A DNA stretch of 64,000 nucleotides from Candidatus Methanomethylicia archaeon. Lineage in GTDB: Archaea; Thermoproteota; Methanomethylicia; Culexarchaeales; Culexarchaeaceae. Positions within the stretch are counted from its first letter, which is position 1; each line of letters begins with the position of its first letter. A program made the position numbers and the translations under genes. The stretch covers positions 96,001 to 160,000 of the forward strand of contig JAVYVS010000002.1 in NCBI GenBank assembly GCA_038727515.1. Reading direction: 5' to 3'. The notes beneath the pieces are model-generated. The model did not search any database, was not told the DNA's origin, and saw only the letters and a list, made by a program, of their open reading frames with translations. This document shows positions 41,101 to 51,795 of this stretch, one piece after another.

Positions 41101-41274
41101 TTAAATCTCCCTAATTATCTTCTTGAATTCTGAACTTGCTTCTAATTCCTTTTTCAAGTGATCTCTTATAGCTGCTCTAATGAATTCACTTCTACTTGGA
41201 TATGTTCCTATCCTTATCAATTCATCCATTGCCTTCACATATTGTTCTGGAAGCCTTATACATATAACCTTCAT
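41101..41274 (-). CDS. Ribbon-helix-helix (CopG/Arc/MetJ) regulator, 57 aa, absent from the ORF track
   Basis: MKVICIRLPEQYVKAMDELIRIGTYPSRSEFIRAAIRDHL..; stop codon 7 nt before the lhr start. Confidence 0.88.
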   Translation of the reverse strand: MKVICIRLPEQYVKAMDELIRIGTYPSRSEFIRAAIRDHLKKELEASSEFKKIIREI

Positions 41275-41367
41275 ATACTTCCCAAAACCTAAATTTGTGT
41301 TTGTTCAATATAAATTATTGCAAAAAGTATATTTAATTTATAGTACAAGATTTTTTGGTGGATTTCT

Positions 41368-42126
41368 TTGTCTATTATTGTTGAAAGGTTTAAAACTGGA
41401 ATTGCTGCTTTAGATGAAGTTCTACCCAATGGTATCCCTAGGAATAATATGATTTTAATTTTAGGTGAAGGTGGAACTGGTAAATCTGTATTTATGGTTC
41501 AACTAATGAATTATAGACTTAACCTGGGTGAACCATGTATATTCATTTGTTTTGATGATATTCCATTGGCAATATTTCAATCAGCTGCATCCTTTGGATG
41601 GAATTTTATGGATTATGCTAATAAGGGGTTGCTTAAATTCGTAGATTGTTTTTCATTTAGAATGAGTCCCGATAAAACTTCAATACCTGAATATATAATA
41701 TACGTTGAAAATCCAAGGGAACTCTACAATTTAATAGATGTTGTAACTACTTTAATGGATAAATTGGAGATGAAGAATAGAGGTGCAATATTCATAGATT
41801 CTGTAACAGAATTATTTAGTTTAAGTGAAACTGCTATTGCACTTGAAGCTGTAAAAATTCTTAGAGCTGAATGCTCTAAGGAGCGTAACGTCCCAATATT
41901 TGGAACCTTCCATTTTGGCATTAAACCATTTGATGATATTGAACAAATATTGGAGTATGTTGTTGATGGACTCATAGATTTAAGATATGATCCACAGTAT
42001 ATGCAACAAGGATTTCTAATTAAACAATTTAGAGTTAGGAAGATGAAGGGTGTCCCCCACCATACAAATTGGGTTAACTTTAACATTGATTCCTCTGGAA
42101 TATTTAAGATTGATACTAAGAGTTAA
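41368..42126 (+). CDS. KaiC-like/RAD55 RecA-superfamily ATPase
   Basis: TGIAALD, GEGGTGKS, IFIDS, VRKMKG. Confidence 0.88.
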   Translation: MSIIVERFKTGIAALDEVLPNGIPRNNMILILGEGGTGKSVFMVQLMNYRLNLGEPCIFICFDDIPLAIFQSAASFGWNFMDYANKGLLKFVDCFSFRMSPDKTSIPEYIIYVENPRELYNLIDVVTTLMDKLEMKNRGAIFIDSVTELFSLSETAIALEAVKILRAECSKERNVPIFGTFHFGIKPFDDIEQILEYVVDGLIDLRYDPQYMQQGFLIKQFRVRKMKGVPHHTNWVNFNIDSSGIFKIDTKS

Positions 42127-42850
42127 AATTCCATAAATACTCAAAATATATTTTTGCTATTTTAGTTAGATCTTTATTGTTGGACCATATTGCTATTAGA
42201 TTCTTATTTCCTCCACTTAATAGTATTATTGTTTCTTCATCATCAATTATTAATCCTCCACCAAACATCTCCTTTCTTACATTGATTTCAAATCCATAAT
42301 TACTTATCAAATCAATTTTATTCAATGTTTTTTCATCTAATAGTATCCTCACCTTCACTCTCTTCTTCAAATTCATTAATGCATCTAAAATTTTCCCATG
42401 GATTTCAAGAATTCCCCCTGAAATTGCTATATCCAAATTTCTACGAACATTTTTCAAAGAATTTAAAGCTTTTTCAATTATGATGTTTTCACCTTTAAGT
42501 ATTATTATTTCAGATTTCTCTTCAAAACCAATTTTATCATATATTGGCTGAAGTTCTTCAATAATCTTATTACCTTGCAATTTTAATTTTTCCATTTCAT
42601 TCTTCATTAATTCTTCAACCACTTGTATTGGTGGTTTAGCTCTATACCTTTTGGGTTTTCCTTCTTCTATTGTTATCCAACCTTTATCTCTTAAATTTAA
42701 TAGTACATTATGTATTTTTGCATATGGGATACCTGCTTTTTCACTTATTTCTTTTGCATTTAATTCCCCTTCTCTAATCATGATTACATATGCCTTTGCT
42801 TGATATAATGTTAATCCAAACCTTCTTAGGACATTTACTATACTCTCCAA
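42116..42850 (-). CDS. TrmB family transcriptional regulator
   Basis: FGLTLYQAKAY..EISEKAGIPYAKIH.VL..L..KGWI...GKPKRYRA. Confidence 0.88.
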   Translation of the reverse strand: MESIVNVLRRFGLTLYQAKAYVIMIREGELNAKEISEKAGIPYAKIHNVLLNLRDKGWITIEEGKPKRYRAKPPIQVVEELMKNEMEKLKLQGNKIIEELQPIYDKIGFEEKSEIIILKGENIIIEKALNSLKNVRRNLDIAISGGILEIHGKILDALMNLKKRVKVRILLDEKTLNKIDLISNYGFEINVRKEMFGGGLIIDDEETIILLSGGNKNLIAIWSNNKDLTKIAKIYFEYLWNFNS

Positions 42851-42941
42851 TTTAACCTACCATTCAACATTTGAATTGTTTGATTAACTTAATATATATT
42901 CTATTAAATCACATATTTATTGAATTTGTTGAGGTGTATCT

Positions 42942-44417
42942 ATGAAGATTTTAAGGAGGACTCAAAGTCTATGTCCAGAGTGTTTAAAGGTTTTAGATGC
43001 TGAAGTCTATGTTGATGAAGATAATATAGTTAAGATTCGTAGAACATGTTCTGAACATGGATTTTTCAATGAAGTTTACACATTTTCAGATCCTGAACTT
43101 TATGAATGGGCTGAGAAATATGCTCATAACCCCAGTGGAATTACAAAATCATTTACACAAACCGTTAATGGATGCCCCTTTGATTGTGGTTTATGCCCAA
43201 ATCATAAATCTGCAACTGTTCTAGCAATAATTGATGTTACAAATAGATGTAATATGCGTTGCCCAATATGTTTTGCTAATGCTGCTGCTTCAGGTATGGT
43301 TTATGAACCAACCCTTGAACAAATTAGGGATATGCTTATTAGGCTTAGGTCCATTGGACCTGTTCCTCCACCAGCATTACAATTGAGTGGTGGTGAACCT
43401 ACTGTTAGAAGTGATCTTATTGATATTGTAAGGATGGCTAAAGAAATGGGTTTTAGACATGTGGAAGTAAATACCAATGGTATTGCACTTGCAAATGATA
43501 TTGATTATTATAAGCGTTTATTAGACGCTGGTGTTAGTACAATATACCTACAATTTGATGGTTTTAATGATGATCTATACATTAAGTTGAGGGGTATTCC
43601 AATGAGGAATATAAAGTTAAAGGTTATTGAAAATGCTAGGAAGATCGGTCATGAAAGTATAGTTTTAGTGGTTACATTGGCTAAGGGTGTTAATGATGAT
43701 CAAATTGGAGATATAATTAGATTTGCACTTGAAAATCATGATGTAATTAGATGTGTAAATGTTCAACCAATATCATTTAGTGGTAGAGCTAATAAACTTG
43801 AGAGGGATTCACTTAGGATTAATACATCTGATTTTATGAAGCTTGTAGAATATCAAACTAAAGGTTTAATTTCTAGATATGATTTTAGACCTGTACCATG
43901 TGTAGTTCCAATTTCAAGAGCTGTGGGTGCACTTAAGGGTAAACGTTATACTGAATTTACCACTAGTCCATTTTGTGGTGTAGCTACATTTATGGTTAAA
44001 ACTGATGAAGGTTGGAAGCCTATAACTAGACTTGCAGATGTTGATAAATTCTTCTCCTCTATGGAGAAGGTTTATGAAGATGCTTCTAAGGGGAGTAAGA
44101 GCAAAGCATATTTAAGAGCTATTTCAAGTTTGAGGTATGTTAAATTTGGGCTTCTAAAGGATTTAATTATACCAGTTTTAAGAGAGGGTAGTTATGAAGC
44201 TCTGGGGAAATTTATGCGAAAGGTTGTTATGATTGGATGTATGCATTTCATGGATCTATGGAATTTCGATCTTCAGAGGGTTAATCAATGCGTTATACAT
44301 TACGCTCTTCCAGATGGAACTGTAAGACCATTCTGTACACATAATAGCATTCATAGGAGTATTGTGGAAGGGAAATTCAGTATTCCATTAGATGAATGGA
44401 AGGGTATAAAGGTTTAA
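42942..44417 (+). CDS. tes: Tetraether lipid synthase (radical SAM)
   Basis: SLCPEC..CSEHG, GCPFDCGLCPNH, DVTNRCNMRCPICFA, MHFMD.WNFD..RV..C.IHY..PDG..PFC. Confidence 0.88.
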   Translation: MKILRRTQSLCPECLKVLDAEVYVDEDNIVKIRRTCSEHGFFNEVYTFSDPELYEWAEKYAHNPSGITKSFTQTVNGCPFDCGLCPNHKSATVLAIIDVTNRCNMRCPICFANAAASGMVYEPTLEQIRDMLIRLRSIGPVPPPALQLSGGEPTVRSDLIDIVRMAKEMGFRHVEVNTNGIALANDIDYYKRLLDAGVSTIYLQFDGFNDDLYIKLRGIPMRNIKLKVIENARKIGHESIVLVVTLAKGVNDDQIGDIIRFALENHDVIRCVNVQPISFSGRANKLERDSLRINTSDFMKLVEYQTKGLISRYDFRPVPCVVPISRAVGALKGKRYTEFTTSPFCGVATFMVKTDEGWKPITRLADVDKFFSSMEKVYEDASKGSKSKAYLRAISSLRYVKFGLLKDLIIPVLREGSYEALGKFMRKVVMIGCMHFMDLWNFDLQRVNQCVIHYALPDGTVRPFCTHNSIHRSIVEGKFSIPLDEWKGIKV

Positions 44418-44438
44418 TCTTTAAAAATCAATATTTAT

Positions 44439-45095
44439 TTGATGTTTATGGGTTCACCTGAATCTCCGAGATGTGCATATTGTGGCGTTTTTGCATGTTA
44501 TTCTGCTGATTTAGATCGATTACCTCAAAATTGCCCTATGAGGATTCTTAAGAGCACCATTGAAGAAGCTAGAAATGAAATTCTAAGCAACGATTATTCT
44601 AGGAGACTTGCAGTTGAAGCATCAATAATTGAAGCATCTGGATATATGCAATGGCCTAGGTTAAGGGAGATTATAGAGTATTGTAGGAGGCTTGGTATTT
44701 CAAAGGTTGGTTTAGCTTTTTGTATTGGTTTAAGGCGTGAAGCAAATTATACTTCTCAAGCTCTTGAAAATAATGGTTTAAAGGTTTACTCAGTTTGTTG
44801 TAAAGTTGGTGGGATTGATAAAGCTATTGTTGGCGTTCCAGATCAGTATAGACTTAGTAAGAGACCTGTGGAAGCCATATGTAACCCAATAGGTCAAGCA
44901 TATATTTTGAATTCCATTGGTACAGAATTGAATATAGCTTTAGGTTTATGTGTTGGACATGATTCACTGTTCTATAGGTATTCAAAGGCTCCTGTTGTAA
45001 CATTTATAGCTAAAGATAGAGTTACAGGTCATAATCCTGCTGCAGTCATATACAGTGGCTATTACCATAGGATTCTAGGTATAAGAGCTGTTTAA
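44439..45095 (+). CDS. DUF1847 metal-binding protein
   Basis: GLAFCIGL, CCKVG, CNPIGQA, GLCVGHD, KDRVTGHNP. Confidence 0.88.
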   Translation: MMFMGSPESPRCAYCGVFACYSADLDRLPQNCPMRILKSTIEEARNEILSNDYSRRLAVEASIIEASGYMQWPRLREIIEYCRRLGISKVGLAFCIGLRREANYTSQALENNGLKVYSVCCKVGGIDKAIVGVPDQYRLSKRPVEAICNPIGQAYILNSIGTELNIALGLCVGHDSLFYRYSKAPVVTFIAKDRVTGHNPAAVIYSGYYHRILGIRAV

Positions 45096-45409
45096 AACTC
45101 CCATTTCTTAATCTTTTTCAAAACTTTTTCATGCACTCCAAAATCTTCCTTTTCCGCTTCCTCCTCTATATCTCTAATCTTTACTGGTTTCTTCCTTAAT
45201 TCTAATTCGCATGTTCCATCTGGTAATAGTGCTCTTGCTTCACAGTATGAGAATGTACAATTGAATCCACTACAATATTCATTTACCCATGTACATATTG
45301 CTTGTGGCATAGCTCCACCACTTGCTTTTGATTGTTTTGGATTGCTCTTTATTAACGCCTTTTTTGCGCATCTAAAGTATTGACATGTAGGTTTACATTT
45401 CATGGACAA
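45092..45409 (-). CDS. Cys-rich small conserved hypothetical protein
   Basis: Eight Cys: CKPTC..FRC..C...C...C....C...LLPDGTC. Confidence 0.7.
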   Translation of the reverse strand: MSMKCKPTCQYFRCAKKALIKSNPKQSKASGGAMPQAICTWVNEYCSGFNCTFSYCEARALLPDGTCELELRKKPVKIRDIEEEAEKEDFGVHEKVLKKIKKWEF

Positions 45410-45506
45410 GAATTATCCTCCACACCTAATATCCATGATCTAAAATTTTCTCTTATGTTCATTTACTTATTTTTTTCGTTTCACATCTTTAATTAAATTT
45501 AGCATT

Positions 45507-46430
45507 TCATCTATTTAATCTCCAGTAATATATGTCTTCTATGTCCAATCCTGAAACTTGAAATTTAACTATGTTCTTCATATCCATTAGAAGTTTCCTG
45601 ATAAGTTCTTCAATTTCAACTTCACTTTTTAAATTGAATCTAACAGTGTTTCCCATAACCTTATATTGATATCCCATACTCCTTAATTTATCATTGTCTA
45701 TATTACCTTTCCATGTAACTTCTATATCATACTTATATGGGTAGTCTGCAAGTATTCTTTTGATATTCCCCACATCTATTACTTCTCCATTACTTAATAG
45801 AATTATTCTTTCACATAGATTGTTTAAAACGTCAACATTTTTATCTACGATCATCATTGTTAATCCATTTATTGATCTCAGTATTTCCAATGTTTCTTCA
45901 AGTATTTTATATTCTAGGTCTCCAAGTATATTATCCATTAATAGTATCTTTGGCTTCTTTATTAATCCTAGGATTAATTTTAATATGGTTATTTGTGTTT
46001 CAGATAAAACTTCTATCCTCTTCCCATAATCTTCTCTGTATATTCCAACGGTTTCAAGCATTCTTATACATTCTTTACCCATTTTATTTCCAAATATTTC
46101 TTGGAAATATGATATTTCCTCTTTTATTGTGAGTTTCTTATTTAATTGCATACTTTGTGATACATAGTATGTATTCTTCCTAATCCAATTTAAATCTCTT
46201 CTAATACTTCTACCATATACTATTATATCTCCTTCATCTGGTCTATATATTCCTGCAGTAAGTTTTAGTAGTGTTGTTTTCCCTGAGGGGCTTGGTCCCA
46301 TTATTGCTATTGCTTCTCCATCTTCAACTTGAAATGATACATTTTTTAAGGCAACCGTCTTCTTACCCATTGCTCCACTCTTAAAAGTTTTTGTTACATT
46401 TATGAATTCTACAGCTTTCATTGAATTCAC
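45507..46430 (-). CDS. ABC-2 type ATP-binding protein with degenerate catalytic motifs
   Basis: GPSPSGKTT, LSETQ, LLMDNI, no H-loop His. Confidence 0.8.
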   Translation of the reverse strand: MNSMKAVEFINVTKTFKSGAMGKKTVALKNVSFQVEDGEAIAIMGPSPSGKTTLLKLTAGIYRPDEGDIIVYGRSIRRDLNWIRKNTYYVSQSMQLNKKLTIKEEISYFQEIFGNKMGKECIRMLETVGIYREDYGKRIEVLSETQITILKLILGLIKKPKILLMDNILGDLEYKILEETLEILRSINGLTMMIVDKNVDVLNNLCERIILLSNGEVIDVGNIKRILADYPYKYDIEVTWKGNIDNDKLRSMGYQYKVMGNTVRFNLKSEVEIEELIRKLLMDMKNIVKFQVSGLDIEDIYYWRLNR

Positions 46431-47267
46431 CTAATATTGTTCTATTGTCCCCCAGAGCTCCGCTTTCTCCACTGTATACTTTAATATTATTATAGTTAAT
46501 GTAATGAATATTGTTGATGATATGATCATTTTAATTAGTCCCATGCTTAAACTGCTATATACTGCATTTACCATTTCCCTTGGGTATCCAAGTATCATTA
46601 TATCTCTAAATATCTGCATTCCAATGGTGAATGGAATTACTCCAGTTATCGGCCATAGCTGTTTTGGGAATAATTCTACTGGGAAGTAGAATCCTATTGC
46701 CATCATTGTTATCTCCATTACTGATACTGTTATCATTCCAATTCTTTTGAATATCAATGTCATTGACACTAAGATTATGGATAATCCAATTACGAATATC
46801 CATGAGCATATAATACTTAACATTAAGATTGGTATTTTCTCTAAATTTACATTTAATGCTCCAATATACTTTAATGTTGGTAATCCAAATATTGATGTTA
46901 TTAATGAATACTTAAGTGTGGAAGCTAATGCTCTTCCAAATATCATTTGAGTGATGGTTATATTGCTTTCAAGCATTAATATCATGGTCCCCCTACTTGC
47001 TTCCTCCAATAATAGCCTTATACAATCATCATATGTTCTAGCAAGCATAGTCCATAGATATGTTCCCGTCAACATGAATTTCTCAAATGTATATCCCTCT
47101 GGCAATACATTCCCTCTCGCTTCGAGAAATAAGCCTATTATTCCAAAGCCAATGAAATTTCCAGCTATAACCAATGAATCCATTAACAATTGAAACTTAT
47201 ATTTTAAATCTAAATTTATATATCTCTTTGCAATACTAATAGTTTTAAAATGCAAATTAACCTCCAA
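46431..47267 (-). CDS. ABC-2 type permease
   Basis: EEASRGT, GFYFPVELFP, PFT; 6 TM. Confidence 0.82.
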   Translation of the reverse strand: MEVNLHFKTISIAKRYINLDLKYKFQLLMDSLVIAGNFIGFGIIGLFLEARGNVLPEGYTFEKFMLTGTYLWTMLARTYDDCIRLLLEEASRGTMILMLESNITITQMIFGRALASTLKYSLITSIFGLPTLKYIGALNVNLEKIPILMLSIICSWIFVIGLSIILVSMTLIFKRIGMITVSVMEITMMAIGFYFPVELFPKQLWPITGVIPFTIGMQIFRDIMILGYPREMVNAVYSSLSMGLIKMIISSTIFITLTIIILKYTVEKAELWGTIEQY

Positions 47268-47323
47268 ATTAAACTATACTTTTAACATCTATAAAATTAT
47301 TAAGGAGTTTATCGAAGATTATT

Positions 47324-48271
47324 TTGAGGATTAAAATGCTTAATACATTACTTTTTAATCAAATAATTCCAGTGGGTTTAGGAACAATAATAATGCTACT
47401 TATAATTGTTTTAATTTTAGTCTTCATAATTTCCAGTGCAATTAGAGTTGTTAGGGAATATGAACGTGCAGTGATTTTTAGACTTGGAAGATGTATTGGA
47501 GCTAAAGGTCCTGGAGTAGTATTCTTAATACCATTCATAGATAGACCTGTAATTGTTGATCTACGTGAGAGATATCTTGAAGTTTCTAGGCAGACTTGTA
47601 TAACTAAGGATAATGCACCAGTAGACATAGACTTCCTAATATACTATAAGGTTATAGATCCATTGATGTCAACATTGCAAGTTAGGAATTTTGAGGGTGC
47701 AGCTGTTGGTATGGCTACAACAATCCTTAGAGCAGTTGTTGGAGATATATTGCTTGATGACGTCTTAGCTAGGAGGGAAGAGATAAATAGTATTCTACGT
47801 TTAAAACTTGATGAGGTTACTGAACGTTGGGGTATAAAGGTTAGTAGTGTTGAAATTAGAGAGATACTTCCACCAAAGGATGTTCAAGAGGCTATGATAA
47901 AACAGATGGCTGCTGAACGTAATAAGAGGGCTATGATACTTGAAGCTGAAGGTAGAAGGGAAGCTGCAATAAAAGTTGCTGAAGGTGAAAGGCAATCAAG
48001 TATTTTAAAGGCTGAAGGTGAAAGACAAGCGAGTATATTGAGAGCTGAAGGTTATGCTCAAGCATTGGAAACAATATTTAGAGCTGCTAGTAGATTAGAT
48101 TATAAGACTATGGCACTACAATACCTAGAAACTTTAAAGAGTTTAGGTCAATCTCCAGCTACAAAATTCATTTTCCCAATGGAATTCTCAGAATTAATAG
48201 CTCCAATAAGGAGATTTCTAGGTGAAGTTGAAGGTTCAAGTGAATCAAAAACTCAAGGTGAAAACAAATAG
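47324..48271 (+). CDS. SPFH/band 7 (stomatin/slipin-like) protein
   Basis: VREYERAVIFRLG, ITKDN, WGIKV..VEI, AERNKRA, AEG repeats. Confidence 0.92.
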   Translation: MRIKMLNTLLFNQIIPVGLGTIIMLLIIVLILVFIISSAIRVVREYERAVIFRLGRCIGAKGPGVVFLIPFIDRPVIVDLRERYLEVSRQTCITKDNAPVDIDFLIYYKVIDPLMSTLQVRNFEGAAVGMATTILRAVVGDILLDDVLARREEINSILRLKLDEVTERWGIKVSSVEIREILPPKDVQEAMIKQMAAERNKRAMILEAEGRREAAIKVAEGERQSSILKAEGERQASILRAEGYAQALETIFRAASRLDYKTMALQYLETLKSLGQSPATKFIFPMEFSELIAPIRRFLGEVEGSSESKTQGENK

Positions 48272-48278
48272 ATTAAAC

Positions 48279-48704
48279 TTAAAACTTTATAATCAATTTT
48301 TTGGGTACATCATCAATTATAACCACTTGACAATTTATCCTAGCTGATAAATCTATGTTTAAAAGCTCTAAAGCTCTCCTAACCTTATATAACCCTGCAA
48401 GTCTCTCATTCAATCTCTTTAAAATCTCATTTAAAATTTCAATTTCCCTTTCAGGTTGTGGATTTAATGATATCTCAATACCATGAAATTCAATTTCCTG
48501 CCTTCTACCAATATCGCTTGAATCCCCACTTGAAACCATTGGTCCAGCAATTCTCTTGTAGACTTCAATCCTCCTATTAACATCTTCAAGCATCTTCTGG
48601 TGTTCTATAATTAAATTTTGAACTTCTTTCAACTTCTCATCTACATAATCTGCTAATTCTTTAAGTGTTTGGAAGGTTTTTAACGCGCTAACCATTTTAC
48701 ACAA
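48279..48704 (-). CDS. Coiled-coil hypothetical protein at the pilus locus
   Basis: Two amphipathic helices, NP motif, C-terminal DDVPKKLIIKF. Confidence 0.6.
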   Translation of the reverse strand: MCKMVSALKTFQTLKELADYVDEKLKEVQNLIIEHQKMLEDVNRRIEVYKRIAGPMVSSGDSSDIGRRQEIEFHGIEISLNPQPEREIEILNEILKRLNERLAGLYKVRRALELLNIDLSARINCQVVIIDDVPKKLIIKF

Positions 48705-48783
48705 ATAAAAGTTATATTTCCATATATTTTATTGTTTTCTTCGAAAACCTAATATTCCACTTATCTTAAAAGGTTCTTTTGAT

Positions 48784-50559
48784 GTGGCTTTGACGTTAAT
48801 TGACATTATCCATAGATATTTTGGTTGGGCTGGGAGAATCTTACTTAGATTCTATCCTAATATTTATTACGATATTAAAACTTCTGGTATTGGTATTCAT
48901 CCAGAGGTTTATGCTTCTATTGGCGGCTTCACATACATAATATCAATAATTATAAGTGTTGCCATTTTTATATATTCAATATTCCAATTACCGTTAACAT
49001 ATTTATTCTTCACAACCTTATTCATAATATTATTTCCTGTGGGTGTATTCATAATTTTGGGTTTAATTTTGCCGAAGGCTTTAAGTTTAAATAATGCTGC
49101 TGGATATGATCAGGAAGCTCCATATGCATTTGCATATTTAAGTATTATGGTTACTGGAGGCGTATCCCCATACGCTTCCTTTGAGCGTCTTGAAGCTGCT
49201 GAATCACTGTTTAAGAGGTTTTCAAAAACTGCTAAGAGGTTTAAGATTATGGTTAGAGCTATGGGTTGGGATCCATTATCAGCTTTTGAAGACATAGTTA
49301 GTAGAGTTAGAAGTTTCATGTTATCGGATGTTTTGCTTGGTTATGTTGCTACTGTGGGTGCTGGTGGTGATGTTGTTGATTATTTGATTAAGAGATCTAG
49401 GGATGTCTTTAGTGGACTCATAACTAAGATTAAATCTGCTGGTGAGAAAATGTCAACTTTATTAGAATCTTATCTTGCAGTATCATTCATCTTGTTGATG
49501 ACGATAAACGTCATGTACCTGATAAGTTTATCCATTGCTAGAATCTATATTCCAGGAGTAAACCTTTACACCCTATTCTTTTTCACATATATTTTAATGC
49601 CCTTCATCTCCCTTGTAATTCTCTATTTATCTGATATATTACAATATAGAGAGCCTGGTGTAATATGGGATCCATACATAATATTCCTATTAACCGCCAT
49701 ACCCATATTCATCTTCTTCACATATGTATTGATTGCACCCTTCTTTTATCCGGTGGAAATACCCATGATAGGCGATTTATCTATAAGATTAACATCAATG
49801 ATAATTTCAATTCTGAATTTTTTCAATGTCGATATTGTTTATGCACCTTCAATATCCACATCAATAGCTTTAGCCATATCTCTAATTCCATCAACACTAT
49901 ATGAAGCCTTTATATTTAGGAAATATAGTATGATTGCTAGTGGTGTTGTTAAATTCCTTAGGGATATTGTGGAAGTTAGGAAGACTGGTTTATCCCCTGA
50001 GAAATGCATTATAACTTTGGCTGATAGAGAGTATGGTGCTTTCTCAAAATATTTGAGGGAAGCTGCAAATAAACTTGCTCTAGGTTTGCCCATAGCTAAG
50101 GTATATGAAGATCTTATGAGAAAAATTAAGGTTTGGAGGGCTAACGTTTTTTTATATATGCTTATAGATGCTATTGAAGTTGGTGGTGGAACGCCTGAAA
50201 CCCTTGAAAACATTGCTTATTTCGCTGAAATGAGTGAAGCTGTAGAGAGGGAGAGAGCTGCATCAGTTAAAATACTACTAATAATACCATACTTATCAGC
50301 AATAATACTCGTAACTTCAATGATGTTTATAGCTGTATTTATGTCAACGGTGGCTGCTGGAATTGTAGAATATAGGGCTGCGATTAGAATTATTATGCCA
50401 TCAATAGTCTTCAACACCTTGTTCATGGGTTTAATTGCTGGGAAAGTTTCCACAGGTATTACTGCATCTGGATTTAAACATGCGCTAATGTTATCCATAA
50501 TTTCAACAATAACAATACTCTTAACACCTAGAATAGCTTCAATATTTGGGCTTGTTTAA
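48784..50559 (+). CDS. Type IV pilus/T2SS-F membrane platform protein (AapF/TadC-like)
   Basis: Two T2SSF repeats, GVSP, GLSPE, AIEVGGG, GLIAGK..G.KH. Confidence 0.9.
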   Translation: MALTLIDIIHRYFGWAGRILLRFYPNIYYDIKTSGIGIHPEVYASIGGFTYIISIIISVAIFIYSIFQLPLTYLFFTTLFIILFPVGVFIILGLILPKALSLNNAAGYDQEAPYAFAYLSIMVTGGVSPYASFERLEAAESLFKRFSKTAKRFKIMVRAMGWDPLSAFEDIVSRVRSFMLSDVLLGYVATVGAGGDVVDYLIKRSRDVFSGLITKIKSAGEKMSTLLESYLAVSFILLMTINVMYLISLSIARIYIPGVNLYTLFFFTYILMPFISLVILYLSDILQYREPGVIWDPYIIFLLTAIPIFIFFTYVLIAPFFYPVEIPMIGDLSIRLTSMIISILNFFNVDIVYAPSISTSIALAISLIPSTLYEAFIFRKYSMIASGVVKFLRDIVEVRKTGLSPEKCIITLADREYGAFSKYLREAANKLALGLPIAKVYEDLMRKIKVWRANVFLYMLIDAIEVGGGTPETLENIAYFAEMSEAVERERAASVKILLIIPYLSAIILVTSMMFIAVFMSTVAAGIVEYRAAIRIIMPSIVFNTLFMGLIAGKVSTGITASGFKHALMLSIISTITILLTPRIASIFGLV

Positions 50560-50577
50560 ATATTAAATCAATTAAAT

Positions 50578-51705
50578 TTAGCTTATATTAACTTTTATTG
50601 GAGCATTATACCCTATGCTTTTCATAACCCATTGAGCATCATCAACAAGTTTACCTTCAACATCAGAAAGTTTAACTCTTTTAAGTGAGAAACCCTTCTT
50701 TCTAACTTTAACTTGAAATGTTACAGTACCATCAATTAAATCAACCTTTAAATCTTCCATTATATACCCAAAGCCTTCTAAACTACTCTTAAAATACTCC
50801 AACGCTCTATCCCTAACCTTTTCCAAATCTATCTTAACTGGTTCCACCGTTACAATCTTCCTAGGTTTCCTCCTTTCCTCCTCAGCTTTTGAAATGATTT
50901 TTGGAAATGAAATTTTATCCATGGTCTTCTTCAATTCAGCTTCATCTTTATTTAGCAATTCAAGATCTTCCTCTTTTAATTCGTATAGAAAGACAATGTA
51001 TTTCCCCTCAGCTTTATTTAACTTCATTATCTCGTTCAATGCATTTTTACCAGTCAACACTTTATTAACTCCACTAATCATTGTTGAAATAACTTCTCCA
51101 TTTTTTAGTAAAATATCAAAACTCTTCCAATTACTCTCTCCAAGGAAGCTTACAAACATATACAAGATTTTACCTTTACTCTCAGCAATAATCCTTTCAA
51201 CAACTTTATTAATATCCTCCATACTCTCTAGAACATCCATTTCCTCCTTCAACTCTTCTTTATCCTTCAACATCAAATTTCTAATTAGTGGCATATTCAA
51301 CATCTTCCTACTATAATCATTTATGTTTACATGCGTTTTTACACCCTTAATTTCTCCACTACTAATAATGGCATTTGGATTTTCTTCCTCAAATTTTGAT
51401 AATTCCTCTTCACTAACTTCATATACTTCAACAATTCCAGCAACTTTATCTTTAATCTCAGAAATTTTCTCCCAACATTCATTTCCACAAATAACTTTTT
51501 CATTACTCTTCATCATGGCTAATGAAGGTTTTCCACCCTTAAAATCAATATGTAAATCGTATCCAGCATGATGATAAATAATTAACCCTTTAATCCTCCT
51601 ATTCCCTTTACTTTTCTCTATATCCTTTATCAAATCCCTCAATTTCTCTTCAGCTAAATTCACTATATCTAAAAGCTTTACATCTTTCCCCTCATTAGCA
51701 AACAT
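50578..51705 (-). CDS. Hypothetical protein with two DUF2226-like repeats
   Basis: Repeated G(N/K)(E/N)..(E/K)I....G...VYE pattern; downstream of pilus ATPase. Confidence 0.5.
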   Translation of the reverse strand: MFANEGKDVKLLDIVNLAEEKLRDLIKDIEKSKGNRRIKGLIIYHHAGYDLHIDFKGGKPSLAMMKSNEKVICGNECWEKISEIKDKVAGIVEVYEVSEEELSKFEEENPNAIISSGEIKGVKTHVNINDYSRKMLNMPLIRNLMLKDKEELKEEMDVLESMEDINKVVERIIAESKGKILYMFVSFLGESNWKSFDILLKNGEVISTMISGVNKVLTGKNALNEIMKLNKAEGKYIVFLYELKEEDLELLNKDEAELKKTMDKISFPKIISKAEEERRKPRKIVTVEPVKIDLEKVRDRALEYFKSSLEGFGYIMEDLKVDLIDGTVTFQVKVRKKGFSLKRVKLSDVEGKLVDDAQWVMKSIGYNAPIKVNIS

Positions 51706-51795
51706 TTAATTACACCCAAATAACCAAATTAATTACTTTCTACTTTAATAGTATATGTAACATCTTTCATTTTAAATTTTTCTAAATTCTATAGT

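Noticed and set aside
47935-48055. 33-nt GCTGAAGG repeats
   Set aside because: Normal AEG coiled-coil repeats of SPFH proteins; not CRISPR or a mobile element.
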